From: Octopus vulgaris
Taxonomy: Eukaryota
Assembly (NCBI GenBank): GCA_951406725.2
Contig: OX597821.1
Coordinates: forward strand, 57,102,001 to 57,166,000
Direction of reading: 5' to 3'
Length of the DNA: 64,000 nucleotides
The translations under genes were made by a program, and so were the position numbers. The notes under the pieces were generated by a model. That model was not told the DNA's origin. It did no database searches and saw nothing but the letters and a program-made list of their open reading frames with translations. Below, in pieces: positions 22,449 through 36,401 of the stretch. How positions within the stretch are numbered: the first letter of the stretch is position 1; the number at the start of each line of letters is the position of its first letter.

Positions 22449-25400
22449 TTCATACAGAGATCAATTTGTTTGGATAAAGGTCCTTCAAGGTGATGCTCCA
22501 GCATGGCTGCTATCCAATGACTGAAACAAGCAATAGATAAGAATGATTATCCAGACTCAGTGCTAACTATTCTGAATTCCTTTACCATGAAAATCAATAA
22601 AATATATGCGAGTAAGAGACTTACAAAAATTAATTAATTCTCTCCGCCACCTGCTTTTCAATACCCATCTGAAAAAATTAACTTTGCAGCTCGTTAAAAA
22701 GTAAAAAGCATTCCAGTGACATCAGCGATGAAATATAGTTAGTTTTATCGCTTGTTTTGCTTGTGAAAATTCTAATTTTATTCATCACTCCCACCTTCCC
22801 CCAATGCTGGGTTCTTTCTGTTTGGTTACTATTTATTTTAACTGTGTTCATATTTAGTACAGAAAATGATTAATTTAAAATATTCATAATTTAACCCTCT
22901 TCTTAACCAAGCTTTGTGGTAAGAAGCTTGCTTCCCAACTACATGGTCCTGGGTTCAGTCCCACTGTGTGGCACCTTGGGCAAGTGTCTTCTACTATGAT
23001 CTCAGGTTGACCAAAATCTTGTGAGCTGATTTGATGGATGGAAACTGAAAGAAGCTCTGTCTTACATGTGTGTGTGTTGTCCTCCACTACTGCTCTACAA
23101 CCAGTGTTGGTGTGTTTACATCCCTACAAAAGAGACTGATGAAATAAATATCAGGCTTAAGACTAATAGATACTGGTGTTGATTAATTTGACTAGTAAAA
23201 GAAAAAGAAAACTGTGTTTATGTTTATTACTGAAAATGGTTGATATAAAACAATCAATTGCTTCCACCCCCATCTCTCACTGATTTGCTCTCTCTCTCTA
23301 TCTTTCTCTCTCTTTCACACACTCTCCCCACATACATCCACACAAGACATTAAAATATAATAACAAACAACCAACTAATAGTTGAGTGGGTGACTGACGT
23401 TTCTGGCTTCTTCTGTCTCTGCAGTCATAGTAGTTGTAATCATAGTAGTGGTGAAAGTGGTGGTGGTGATGGCAGTGGTGGTGGTAGTGGTAGTAGTAGT
23501 AGCAGTAGTTTCATATCATCACTTCATTATCCGTTTTACTATGCTGGCATGGGCTGGCTGAGTCTTGCTGTCTAGCTAATACTTGCAATCATTGCTATGA
23601 GGCAAATGCACACAGGCGCACGCATGCACGCACACACGCACACACACACACACACACACATGCAGAGGCCAAACAAACCCAACTGTGTTGTAGAAGTGCC
23701 ATGTTTGTTTGGCACATTTTTTTTTTTTATGCTTGGATCCCTTCCCTATCTCCAACCGTCTTATAACATGGTGATTGAGTGTCTTTTATTGTGCTGCTGG
23801 CACTGGAGAAGATGCCAACAACAGCACTAGGAAGTCTGCTCAACTCCCTATCAATGATTATATTTAGAGCTAATGTTCTTCAAGACCAATTTTTTTTCTC
23901 CATCTTGGCACTGACGCTTTCTCTTCTTTACTTTCTGAATACTGAATTTGGGAATTGGTAGTAAACATAAATGGATGTTGAGCGTCTTCACTGAAATATT
24001 ATTTGGAAAGTGAAGTTTGTTTATTCACTCCATTTATTCTCTCTCATGATTTAATTACAAGGAGGTTGATCATTGTTAATAACATGCCAGTTTCATTTTT
24101 GTCAAATGATAGCTGCCAGTCACTTTGTTTGGTCATTGTAATATCATTTTTTTCAGTGTTATGGCCACTTCGTCATCAAGATATATTTGGTTTAATTAAG
24201 AATTACATTTTGTGCTGTTGTTTTTGTTCAGTAATGTTTTTGATGCTAATTTCTGTGTTGTTGTTGTTGAACAATTTTTGTGCTGTTGTTTTTAATTATG
24301 TGTGTGGGGCATGGGTGGGTATGGCTATATTAGATTGTTTACAATGTTTGTTGTTGCCATCTTAACCACAACACAAAAATAATTCTTAATTGTACCCCAA
24401 AATATCCTTGACAACAAACAAGATGGATGCAGAACATAAAAATATATAAAATGTCTTTCCACAGCTGCTGAGAAAGTTAGTAATGTCTGCTGCAATTTGA
24501 CGAAGTGAAAGTAGGATGATATTCCAACAGAGATCACCATAATGAGCTTTTGTTTACATCAATTTTTTCAGACGAAGAACTAATTAAAACTAATTAAAGA
24601 TTTAAATTTCATTGACTACTGAGTTTTTTTTTCTGCTGGTTGGTTTTAATTTTTATGGTAAAATTAATATTGCCTTAAAGTAAATTAGTGGACAATAAAC
24701 AATTTAAATCTGGAACAAGGATTAAAGTAAATAATCAATCTGTAGAAGATTAAAATGATTGACCAGTGGCTATTTTATATTAGTTGGTGTAAACCTCATT
24801 GTAAAGTTAATCCTTTAATTGGTGGACATTAAGGTACTTAGAATGTGAAAGTCTTGCCCCCACCTCTTCATTGACTACTTCCATTTGTTAATACTGTCGT
24901 TATTAAATCCTTTGTTCTTTATTGTAATCTGGTAAATGTAAGTGCATGGCCTACTGCTTAGAATATTGCACTCACAATCTTGTGATTGTGATTTCAATTC
25001 TCCGACTGGGTAGTGTGTTGTGTTCTTGAGCAAAACATTTTGCTTCACTTCAGTGCAGTCCTCTTGGGTGTAAATGAATAACTCTGCGATGGACTGGCAT
25101 CCCGTTCTGTGGAGGATGCTGTGATCTTGGTCACTTATACACCATGGGTGGAGGCAGGGTGGCCAAGTGGTTAAGGTATTTGGCTTACAATCATGAAGTC
25201 ATGAGCTTGATTCCTGACAGTACATTGTGTCCTTGAGCAAGACACTTTATTTCATGTTGCTCCAGTCCACTCAGCTGGCAAAAATGAGTTGCACCCGTAT
25301 TTCAAAGGGCCAATCTTGTTACATTTTGATTTACACTGAATCTCCTTGAGAACTATGATAAGGGTACACCTGTCTGTGGAGTGCTCAGCCTCTTGCACAT

Positions 25401-25824
25401 TAATTTCACAAGTAGGCTGTTCTGTTGATCGGATCAACTGGAACCCTCGTCACAACCAACAGAATGCCAGTTTATACACCATGGAGACCCAGGAACTGGC
25501 GCTGTGAGTTCTAGGACTCAAGACGGTAATATCCAGGGTTGATGATGATGGCGATGATTGCTGTAGTAAATGTAAAACTGATGATAATGTCACTGAATTT
25601 CCATTAGAAAAAGGAAGTGGTTGTCAAGGTGGAATGAAGAGGACCCATTTAGATGAATACCATGTAATAAGGACTTTGCTTCCCAATCACATGGTTTCAG
25701 GTTCAATCTTACTGTGTGGCATTGTGAGCAAGTATCTTCAGCTATGGCTTCTCGCCTGATTGAAGCCTTGTGAGGAGATTAGGTAGATGGAAACTGAAAG
25801 AAGCCCATTGTACATATGTGTGCA

Positions 25825-25859
<35 letters not shown>

Positions 25860-27565
25860 CGTTTACATGTTTCAGTCATTTGACTGTGGCCATACTGGAG
25901 CATCACCTTTAGCCAAACAAACTGATTCCAGCACATATTCTTTGTAAGCCTAGTACTTAGTCTATCAGTCTCTTGTGCTGAACTGCTAAGTTTTGGGAGT
26001 GTAAACACATCAACACCGGTTATCAAACAATGGTGGGATGAAAAACACACACATATATACGACAGGTTCTACCAAATCTACTCACAAGGCTTTGGTCAGC
26101 CCGAAGCTATAGAAGATACTTGCCCAAGGTGTGTGTGTGTGTGTGTACATGTGTGTAAAGGTGCATGCCCTAATGGTTGGGGGTTTGGCACTCTCAATTG
26201 TGAGATTGTGATTTCGATTCTCAGACAAGCTACGTGTTGTGTTCTTGAGCAAAACACTTCATTTCATGTTGCTCCAGTCGACTAAGTTGTAAATGGGGGT
26301 AACCCTGTGAGAGAATAGCCTTCTTGTCAAGGGGAATGTTGGCCTGCTTGCTTAGCGAGTGTAACAGTGTCTGATAGTCTAACTATTACTGTCATGTGTA
26401 TGCATGTATTGTGTTGGCATGTGTGTGTGTGTTACTATCTTCTTGCCATGACTTCATGCATTAGTTGTAAATGAGTGCCATTGTCATTCAAGCTGTGTCC
26501 TTTGTTTCCAGCCTTTTGTGAAAACACATCCAGTTGTTGAGAAATATTACCCTTAGTTGAAAACAGGTGAGGGTTGGTGACAGGAAGGGCATCCGGCTGT
26601 AGAAAACCTACCTCGACATATTCCCTCTAACCCATGCCAGCATGGAAAATTCAGCATTAACCCTTTGGCATATAGATTACTCTGTCAAATATAATGTTTG
26701 TTTATTTACTATGTTTTGAATTAATCCTGCATTATCTTGTAGCTTTGAGATTGTGATGATGCGATTGTTTATCTTTACAATGTCGAGCATGTGTGAGAGG
26801 TCAGATCCAGTCAGCTGGAAAAATTACGTAAAATTCAGTCCTGATGCTGCATGGCTAAACCAATGAAGATGATAATGATGATGACTTGTATAGATGTTGG
26901 TTTGTGTTTTCAGCTGCAACTTCATCCCAGAACCTGAATGGTTTTCTATAAGTGATATCAGTAATGGATTTAAGAAAAAAAAAAATGATATTATCGTCTT
27001 TCGTAAAATATTAGTAACCATTAAATAATTGAAGTATTATGAATCATTGTTCATACCCAACTACTTTTGTCAGTTTCCAATTAAACAAAAAGAAAGACCA
27101 CTTTCTTACATAGTCTACCTTATAATTAGCTTGATTATACAGTGTAATCAGTTATTATTTATATTTAAATCAGTATGAAAGAAACATTCCTCATTTTATT
27201 TCATACTGCATTCAGTTGGAGCTAGTTTTTTTTTTCTTTCTTTCTATATGAGTGTTTCGTTAAGATAATAGTTGATAATTAATAATTTAATTGGTATTGT
27301 GGTTAGTACCAGACAAAGAAATGGAAAAAACGAATGTGTCATTTATACTCAGGTAGAGTTATTCTGTCCATTAATAGTGAGTAGTTACCAATGTGTTTAT
27401 TAACTTTTGTTTTACTTGTTTCACTCGTTGAACTGTGGCCATGCTGGGGCACCACTTTGAAGAGTTTAGTCCAATAAATTGATCCCTGTATTTATTTATC
27501 TTTTGTGTTGGTATTTTATCAGTGTTGAAAGCTGAACTGCTAAGTTGCAGGAATTTAAAGAAAAT

Positions 27566-27956
27566 GGCGCAGGAGTGGCTGTGTGGTAAGTAGCTTGCTT
27601 ACCAGCCACATGGTTCTGTGTTCATTCCCATTGCATGGCACCTTAGGCAAGTGTCTTCTACTATAGCCTCGGGCTGACCAAAGCCTTGTGAGTGAATTTA
27701 GTAGACGGAAACTGAAAGAAGCCTGTCATATATATATATATATATGTATATATGTTTGTGTGTCTGTGTTTGTTCCCTCATCATTGCTTGACAACCAATG
27801 GTGGTGTGTTTACGTCCCCATAACTTAGCTGTTCGGCAAAAGAGACCGATAGAATAAGTACTAGGCTAACAAAGAATAAGTCCTGGGGTCGATTTGCTCG
27901 GCTAAAGGCAGTGCTCCAGCATGGCCACAGTCAAATGACTGAAACAAGTAAAAGAG
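27566..27956 (+). mobile_element. SINE family A
   Basis: Full-length copy with GGCGCAGGAGTGGCTGTGTGG 5' end. Confidence 0.88.
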
Positions 27957-27980
27957 AAACCAGCAACAGTTGTCAACGCA

Positions 27981-28018
<38 letters not shown>

Positions 28019-29819
28019 AAAATAAGCAACAAGTATATCTTCGGTAATTTGGTACGATCGTTTCATGCTACTTCATTTTATTAAACATTGTAAGTATTAC
28101 ATCAGTTTTAAAATGTTGAGCAATCTTACTACTAGACAACTGGTGTTGATTTGCTTAACATATAAAAGTAAGTACCAAACTTTAAAAAAATTTCCAGAGT
28201 CAATATGTTTGGCAAAAACCCTTGAAGCATGGTCATAATCCAGTGACCGAAACAGAAGCTAAAAGACAACAATGTTGGTTAGAATCTAAGGATATATGCT
28301 CTCTGCTATTTGATTTAAGGTCCATTCAGTTGGACCTGACCTAAAACTGAACAGCAGCAATGACTGACAACAACAATATTGAGAAGGGTTACAAATAGAA
28401 AACATGTAACCATTCAAATATATTCCTTATGACATAAATATAATTCCTCTGTTTGTATTATTTATATTAGTGTTCAGTTATGCCGAACATCACTTATTTT
28501 CTTGTCCAATACTGTTTTACATCAGAAGACATATATCCATCCTATTTAGGCATGTCAACACGTTTGTATGGCTTCTGTTAAGGATGGGCATTTAACTGTA
28601 AAGAGAAAACAATACTTGCTTTGACTCATGTACCAAAGAATTATATAAACAGCTTCAACACATGTACAGAACTATACAGCATGAAAACTTCAGTGAATCA
28701 ATGTAGGGTTGGAAGAGAGTGTCTTGTGCAGAAAGCATCAGACCTAAACCATGAGCAATATACAGAGAATGCTTCATTCTCTTTCTCTTCTTCTGTTAAT
28801 GATAGTGATGATGATGATGATATTGATGACGGCTACAATGATTTTGATGCTGATGATGATGATGATGATGATGGAAGCAAAGGTCTAATGGCTAACTGGT
28901 TGGCTAGCTTTCATTCATTCAGCTTTACATTTCTGCCAAACTTACCAAATTTCTCATCGAAACGTTGTAATATAAGTTGAACATTGCAGTATGTCACTGC
29001 AATAAATTATAGACCAGATCAAGACTTTTCTATTTTCTTCATGTTACCAACTGCTCGTTTTCAAGCCTATCAATTTTGGAAACTATGTACTTTTATGCAT
29101 GCACAACCACACACACACACACACATGCAAACCTACATATAATCACACACACACATACAAACACATGCACACAGCATAGCCATTATTGATTTGAATTTCT
29201 TTTCCTCCAATCTTTCTTCTTCATCTCCACTTTTCTGTGCACCATGTTTGAAATTCTACCTCGAGCACTGAATATTATTTTATTATTTATTAATATGATT
29301 CTATCAAACTATTTTCTCAAGTATCTGTTCAGTGGAAAAACTTTTTACATCCTAAAATTTTTGCAGAAGTTCTCTGAGTCTTTTCTCTTTTTTTTGTTAT
29401 CTGTTATTGCATTTGGCATTGCATGTATTTCATATTTAATAAACTTTTCATTCAAACAATCTCAAATTTTGCTGATGGCAGTAACTTCTTCTGTGGAAGC
29501 CCAGGTCAGCCCTGAACAAGCTCACCACCCTCTTTCGCTTTCTCTCTTTCTTTTCTTTTTAAATTGTCTCACAGACATCATATATCTGTTGAGAAGAAAC
29601 GCTTGGCTGAATTGCTCCTTTATAGTATTTTGGTGAAGGACATCAGGCAAAGTTGATTTTAGCAATATTTGAATTGAAAGCATGAAGGGATATCTTCAAA
29701 TACTGTTAAGAATTTTGTTTGGTTGTTGACTGATTATTTGCCTCAAGGGCATTTGATGAAGGTCATTACAAACATAAAACACAAAAAGCAAGCTGGTATG
29801 TTTGATAGTATAAGAAGGC

Positions 29820-29980
29820 ACATTGTACAATGATGATGGAGGGCAGAAGTGGTAGGCAGCAGCGCCAGAGGCAGACCTCCGTTTGTGTGGACGGATGGAG
29901 TGAGGAAAGCTTTGGTGGTGAGAGAGGTAAGAGAGTTTATAAATGATAGGAAAGCTTGGAGAGTGTTTGTGGAGGGATGA
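29820..29980 (+). mobile_element. RTE-clade LINE 3' coding remnant
   Basis: Reads EVVGSSARGRPPFVWTDGVRKAL...NDRKAWRVFVEG*, the GRP-x3-W-x-D ... DR-xx-WR C-terminal pattern of RTE ORFs. Confidence 0.7.
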
Positions 29981-30280
29981 GTGAATTGATGTTGCTCAAA
30001 GGGGTATGGAACCAGCATATGCTGTTGGGGCCCTGCTGCTGATATCGGGGGTTGCATTCTACACCTTGACCTGAGCATAGGACAAGGCTAACCTCTTTGA
30101 GCTGGGAAATAAATGGAATGTCTGGTGTGGCTACCCCTTCCTAAAAACACGGGTATATAAAGCCTGGGTATATATTGGTGGCAAATAAGTTGAAAAGAAT
30201 AATGTGTGCATGAAGGTGCATTGACCTAGCGGTTGGGGTGTTGCACAAGCAATCACAAGATCACAATTTCAATTCCTAAT

Positions 30281-30424
30281 ACAGTTCTAAATTTAAGAGA
30301 TGAAGAATTATGTACATTATTTACATTAGACGGATATTTGTCCTCATCTTGTTTGTTGTTAATATAATGTTTCAGCTGATATACCCTCCAGCCTTCTTCG
30401 GGTGTCTTGGGGAAGCTTCAAACT
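30281..30424 (-). mobile_element. Third, 5'-truncated copy of the hammerhead-bearing tail of the 8.5-9.0 kb element
   Basis: Reverse complement of 8930-9073; core decayed to CCGAAGA...GAAACATT, stem II GGCTG/CAGCT intact. Confidence 0.85.
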
Positions 30425-30535
30425 CTAACTGACTGGCCCTTTCCCCCAAAATTTCAGGTATTGTGCCTAGAGTAGAAAAGAGTATTGCTTGAAAAATGAC
30501 TGAGATATCAAAATTATAAACTCTTTGGTTTAAAA

Positions 30536-30735
30536 CAGTGTTTCTCAACTATTTTTAATTATCCATTGACCCCTTGATTACTATTTTACTAGGACAAACC
30601 CCCATGACCATTTGATTTTTTAAAAAATTCTAATAAAATCATTGTTAAAACATGTTGTGTACTGTGGAAGTATAACTACTTTATTACATTTAAATTTTAA
30701 CAAAATCTCATATGGACCCTTGTTGAAAACCACGG
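30536..30735. mobile_element. Old hAT-type MITE
   Basis: CAGTGTTTCTCAAC ... GTTGAAAACCACGG imperfect TIRs. Confidence 0.6.
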
Positions 30736-31454
30736 GTTTTTAAGGTTTGCTGTTATTCCTGTTGTTTATTCCTAGATTGGTCCTGATTGAGCAGGTTTTT
30801 AATAATTTAAATAATTCCAGCCATAGCCATCACATCTTATTTTTCCAAGCATTTTGTATCCAATGTCCAATGTAGATTTTAAGATTATTTTTTTTTACAG
30901 CTGTAAGGTGTTATTTAAAGAAAATTTTGCTGCTATATCTAGCAGATTGACATCAAGGTAGAAGACTTAGTTTAAATTTATGTGTTATGAATGAAGAAAA
31001 TGTATAAGGATTATTTTTTTTTTTGTTTTTTTTTACCTACTTTTTATATAATGAGAATTACTCAAAGAGAAATTAGTGGAAACCATGGGCGATATTCCAT
31101 TTACGTAAAGAGAAATCAAAAGACATGACTAGGTACACCACCACATCCTGTGTAGTTCGTGAATTAGATATAATAAGCATATACATACACACAGAGCATA
31201 AGTCTATGTACCAGAGAATACAGAGGTGAACTGAGTGCAATGGTGGTGGTGGTGGTAGAAAGCAGATATAAAAAAAAAGAAAAAGAAAATGGACAGCAGT
31301 AATGATAATGATAATGATAATAATGAATTGTAGAGGAGGTTTATGTATACTTAACTGGTTTTTATTTGATATTATTGTCCATTGGAAGGTTGCAAATAAA
31401 ATCATTTGTAAAGTGAAGCAAAGAAAAAGCAATGTTAAGAATTTGATATGTTCT

Positions 31455-31672
31455 TTTATTCTTTTATGCGTTTCAATCATTTTGACTGCGGCCATGCTGG
31501 AGCACCGCCTTTAGTCAAACAAATAGGCTCCAGGACTTATTCTTAGTAAGCCTAGTACTTATTCTATCTGTCTCTTTTGCCAAACTGCTAAGTTACGATG
31601 ATATAAATGCACCAGCATTGGTTGTCAAGCGATGGTCAGGGGACAAACACAGACACACAAACATATATACAG

Positions 31673-31717
<45 letters not shown>

Positions 31718-31885
31718 TATGCGTTGTGCTTCTTTCAGTTTCTGTCTACCAAATCAACTCACAGGGCTTTGGTCGGCCCAAGGTTCTAGTAGAAGACACT
31801 TGCTCAAGGTACCACACAGTGGGACTGAACCTGGAACCATGTGGTTGGTAAGCAGGCTACTTACCACACAGCTACTCCTGCACCT
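31455..31885 (-). mobile_element. SINE family A
   Basis: Reverse complement of the full element. Confidence 0.87.
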
Positions 31886-32179
31886 GTATATATATATGAT
31901 TTTTTTAAAACCACCCTCCTTCTGTTGCATATTGTCCTAACCCCACCACTAGTTTTTACATTACTCTTTGGCTATACATATATATAAAAATAGGTACAGG
32001 AATTGCTGTTGGTTTAATAAGTTTACTTCTTAACCACTTAGTTTCTGGTTGTCTCACTGGTTTATAGGCAAAATCTTGTGAATGGATTTGGTAGAGGGAA
32101 ACTTTAAGAAGGCATCATGTGTTTGTGTGTATTTACATATATATGTATATACATTCACCTATACACACAAACACATGTA

Positions 32180-32308
32180 CAGTAATACCTCACTGTATGA
32201 GTTAATTCATTCTCATAAAGCAAAAACTCGCGAACAGAAAATAAACTCGTGAAAGCCCATAAACCCAGGGTCGTATAAAGCAGGGTTTTGTAAAGTGAAG
32301 TATTACTG
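32180..32308. mobile_element. Tigger/pogo-type MITE
   Basis: TA-CAGTAATACCTCAC ... GTGAAGTATTACTG-TA. Confidence 0.75.
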
Positions 32309-32362
32309 TATGTATCTGTATGTGAGTGTGAGTATGTTTGTGTCTCTTTGTCTTAACATGGC

Positions 32363-32748
32363 ATCATCGTTTAGCGTCTGCTTTCCATGCTGCATGGGTT
32401 GGATGGTTCAACTGGGGTCTGGGAAGCCAGAAGGCTGCACCAGGCCCAGTCTGATCTGGCAATGTTTCTATGGCTGGATGCCTTTTCAACGCCAACCACT
32501 CTGTTAGTGTAGTGGGTGCTTTTTACGTGCCACCGTCACAGGTGCCAGACGAGGCTGGCAAACGGCCACGATCGGATGGTGCTTTTTACGTGCCACCGGA
32601 GGCTGGCAATGGCCATGATTGGATGGTGCTTTTTACGTGCCACCGGTATGAGGCCAGTCGGGCGGTGCTGACAACGGTCACATTCGGATGGTTCTCTTAC
32701 GTACCACCGGCACTGGTATCACAGCTGCAATTTCCATTGATGTTGATC
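32363..32748 (-). mobile_element. RTE-tailed retroposon family C
   Basis: Tail plus 4 GGTGCTTTTTACGTGCCACCG-type subrepeats. Confidence 0.78.
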
Positions 32749-33757
32749 GGTTGTAAATGAATTGTTATTCATTCCCAATGTTCAGCAAAAACATGTCTGG
32801 ACATAGAAAAATCTGCCTCTGTAAATTCCATCTGACCCATGTATGCATAGAAAAGTGGATGTGAAAATGATAATTTTTTTGTTGAACACACAACAATTAA
32901 AACAAAACCTGAGACTACTTTTGTTTCTATGATACAAACTTCCTGTTTTGAAGTGAACTAATCTAAAACCTCTCATCAAAATTTCATGTTGGTTCATGTT
33001 CCAAATGTCTGCTTTACAATGACAAAACAATTTTACTAAATTCTTTATTATTTTTCAAAATTAATTACAACAAAGACAATATATTTGAACAGAATTTATG
33101 GTAAGGGCTAAGACAACATGAAGAGGATGATAAAGAAAGGTCTGATAAACAGTTTAGTCATTAAATTCGTCGTTACTTTCACAATTAGCAACAGCAAAGG
33201 CTGTATATTTCAACAGAAAAATGGTTTAGAAGGATAACATGAGGAGCATGATGAAGAAAAGTCTGACCATCAGTTTAGTTCTCCACACTAACTCTTTCAT
33301 TTTAGCCATTAGTTGTATGTAGCAAAACTGGTTTGGCTTGTCTTGTCAAAGGAATATCTATGTGTCGGATTTAGATAACAAATAAATAAACCAGTTAATC
33401 AATAGATGAGCTATTGATTATATCAACTACATGGCTGTAAATTCTAAACAATAGTCAAAGGAGCATCAAATGCCTATCTATCATTAGCTTAAATCTGAAA
33501 ACTGCTCAAATTTATGAATGCTTTGAGCAGATTAACTTATTGATATTGTATGTTCCCCTTCATGATGCCTCTCTATAATATCTGCAATTGCTCTTTTCTG
33601 CTTGCAAGTTTCTTAAGTCTGTCAGTACCCTGTATTTCTATCAGGCCACCTTTCAATTTTGCATTGAACATTGCTGTTATTCTTTGGGCTGGGGTCTCCA
33701 CTGTCTGAAGTTGCTTGATCGAATTTAGAATCAAGTTGTTAACATGTCAAGTCCTCT

Positions 33758-34213
33758 TCTTTCTTATTTCTTTATTGCCCACAAGGGGCTAAACATAGAG
33801 GGGACAAACAAGAACAGACAATGGGATTAAGTCAATTACCTCGACCCCAGTGCCTAACTGGTACTTAATTTATCAACCCTGAAAGGATGAAAGGCAAAGT
33901 CGATCTCAGCGGAATTTGAACTCAGAACGTAATGGCAGACGGAATACTGCTAAGTATTTCACCCTGCATGCTAACATTTCTTATTTCTTTACTACCCACA
34001 TGGGGTTAAACACAGAGGGGACAAACAAGGACAGACAAATGGATTAAGTTGATTATATCGATCACAGTGCGTAACTGGTACTTAATTTATCGACCCCGAT
34101 CGGATGAAAGGCAAAGTTGACCTCAGCGGAATTTGAACTCAGAACGTAATGGCAGACGAAATACCACTAAGCATTTCGCCTTGCATGCTAATGTTTCTTC
34201 CAGCTCGCCGCCT
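33758..34213 (-). mobile_element. SINE family B, tandem-duplicated body
   Basis: Two consecutive units of about 220 bp (TTTCTTATTTCTTTA...GGATGAAAGGCAAAGT...GGAATTTGAACTCAGAACG...CATGCTAA). Confidence 0.8.
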
Positions 34214-35130
34214 TAGTAGAAAGAAATCCTTTTCTGTCTACTATGCAGAAGGCTTTGACTCATCATTGAAATATATCTTTGTTGTGTCTTTTGTATATGC
34301 ATTTCCATGGTCATTGCTCTGAACTTTCTGGTTTAACACTCTCTGTTGTGACCTTTAAACATGTCACCTGCTTCTCCTCCCAGATGCATTGTTTTTCTCT
34401 ATGGCTTGCTGTTAGTTATAAGTCTTTTTATTCTGATAGCTTCTCTTGAATTACTGTTGTCTGGAATTCAGTAATAAGTACCAGATTTTAAACCTGGTAC
34501 TGAATCTGTTGGTTTCTTTTGCTGAACTGCTAGGTTACAGGGATGTAAACACACTAACTCCAGTCGGCAAGCATTAGTGGGGAACACACAACAGGCTATC
34601 ATTATTTAGCCCCAGGTCAGTCCTTATTGAGAGGACCTACGATCTGTAACATTCCAGCTATTAACCACTCTGCCTATTTTTTTCTGTGTAAAAGGAATTT
34701 ACACCCAGGATCTTGCTATCCAGTTTATCCTTTTCTATAGTAGTAGGATGTGATTCGAGGGAGATTTGGCTGCTATTTCAAGCAGTTTGAGTGACCATAT
34801 ATATGATCTGATGCTGGCTCGTGTGAGAAACTGCATTTATTCTAAGTATCTATTCTTAGTTAAGTGGGTCGGGGCAGTTTAGAGTTAAGTATTTTTGGCA
34901 GAGACAAGAGAATGCACATCCAAGTTGAACTACAGCTATCTATTATTAGGTGCAGGCATGGCTGTGCGGCAAGAGGTTTGCTTCTCAACCACATAGTTCT
35001 CGGTTCAGTCTCACTGCATGGCACCTGGGCCAGCCAACACCAACATCTTATGAATGAATTTGGTAGATGGAAATTGTATGGGAACACATTATTCTGTGTA
35101 TGTATACACACACACACACACACATATACA

Positions 35131-35173
<43 letters not shown>

Positions 35174-35388
35174 GTGTATATATTGGCCTGCTCGCTTAGC
35201 CAGTGGGGTGGCGTCATTCGAAGGCTAAAACAATGCGAACGCATTGTGACCAGCGATGTGTAACAACATCCGATGGTCTGGTCGGTCACGTGATCACATG
35301 TGTATATATATATATATGCATGTATGTGTTTATATGGTGTGTGTGTATATATATATATATATATGCATATGTGTTTATATGGTGTATG

Positions 35389-35425
<37 letters not shown>

Positions 35426-36315
35426 CTTTTTATTTGCTCCCTACCTTCAGTTGACAACAGGCGTTGGTTTGTTTATGTCCTCATGACTTAGCAGTGTGGC
35501 AAAAGAGACCAATAGAATAGGTAGCAGACTTCAAAATATTAAAATATTTCGCAATGTTACCTAACAACCTCAAAGTCGAGTTAAAACATTTCTAACGTGA
35601 TAATCTCTGTTTGGAATCATTCTTCTGTGACAAAAGATCAGCCAAATTAATTTCACTATAGAACACACTAACAATTCCTTAACCATTGTTGCAGCCAAAA
35701 CTTTTACACTAAGTTACTGCTTCAAAACTTCTGTATCCATTGATATTAACCAATATTTTATCAAGTCTGCTAACTACATTACCACTTAAGTTCTTACCCA
35801 AAATACGTGAAATTCTTAACCTCCACCCATTTCTTCATGTACGTGATTTCCTTTCCTTCTTCTGAAACTATATTTAGGAAGTAACAATTTACTCTAAGAA
35901 TAATGTTTACATGAAGAAATGGTAAAGCTAGTTTGGATGAATAATGATTGATTTCTTATTTGTTTTTATTAATTTCTTTCTCTCTCTTTCATTTCTTCTT
36001 TTGCTACAAATACCGAAATTCTTGGAAATAAGAACATAACCTCTTGAAGCGAAAGTTTTTTTTTTCTCTCCTCATTAGGTTTTGAAACTTCCTGTGGTTT
36101 TCCTTATTCTCTTTAAGTTTTCTGTACATTCATTGATTCTTCCACCCTCGATACCATAAGTTTCTGTCGTTGTTCTTAGATTGGTATTTAATCAAAGGAT
36201 GTGAAAATGTGTAAATGTGTTTATATATGTGTAGTGTCTGTCTATTTGTGTGTGTATGTCTTTCACTCTGTATATACATATCTATATCTCTCTCTCTATA
36301 TATATATATATAATG

Positions 36316-36401
<86 letters not shown>

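Noticed and set aside
28040-28120. Minus-strand GAAACGATCGTA palindrome
   Set aside because: No intact CTGANGA at a suitable distance.
28801-28872. Acidic poly-Asp stretch in ORF 28621-28980
   Set aside because: (GAT)n microsatellite; no splice or homology support.
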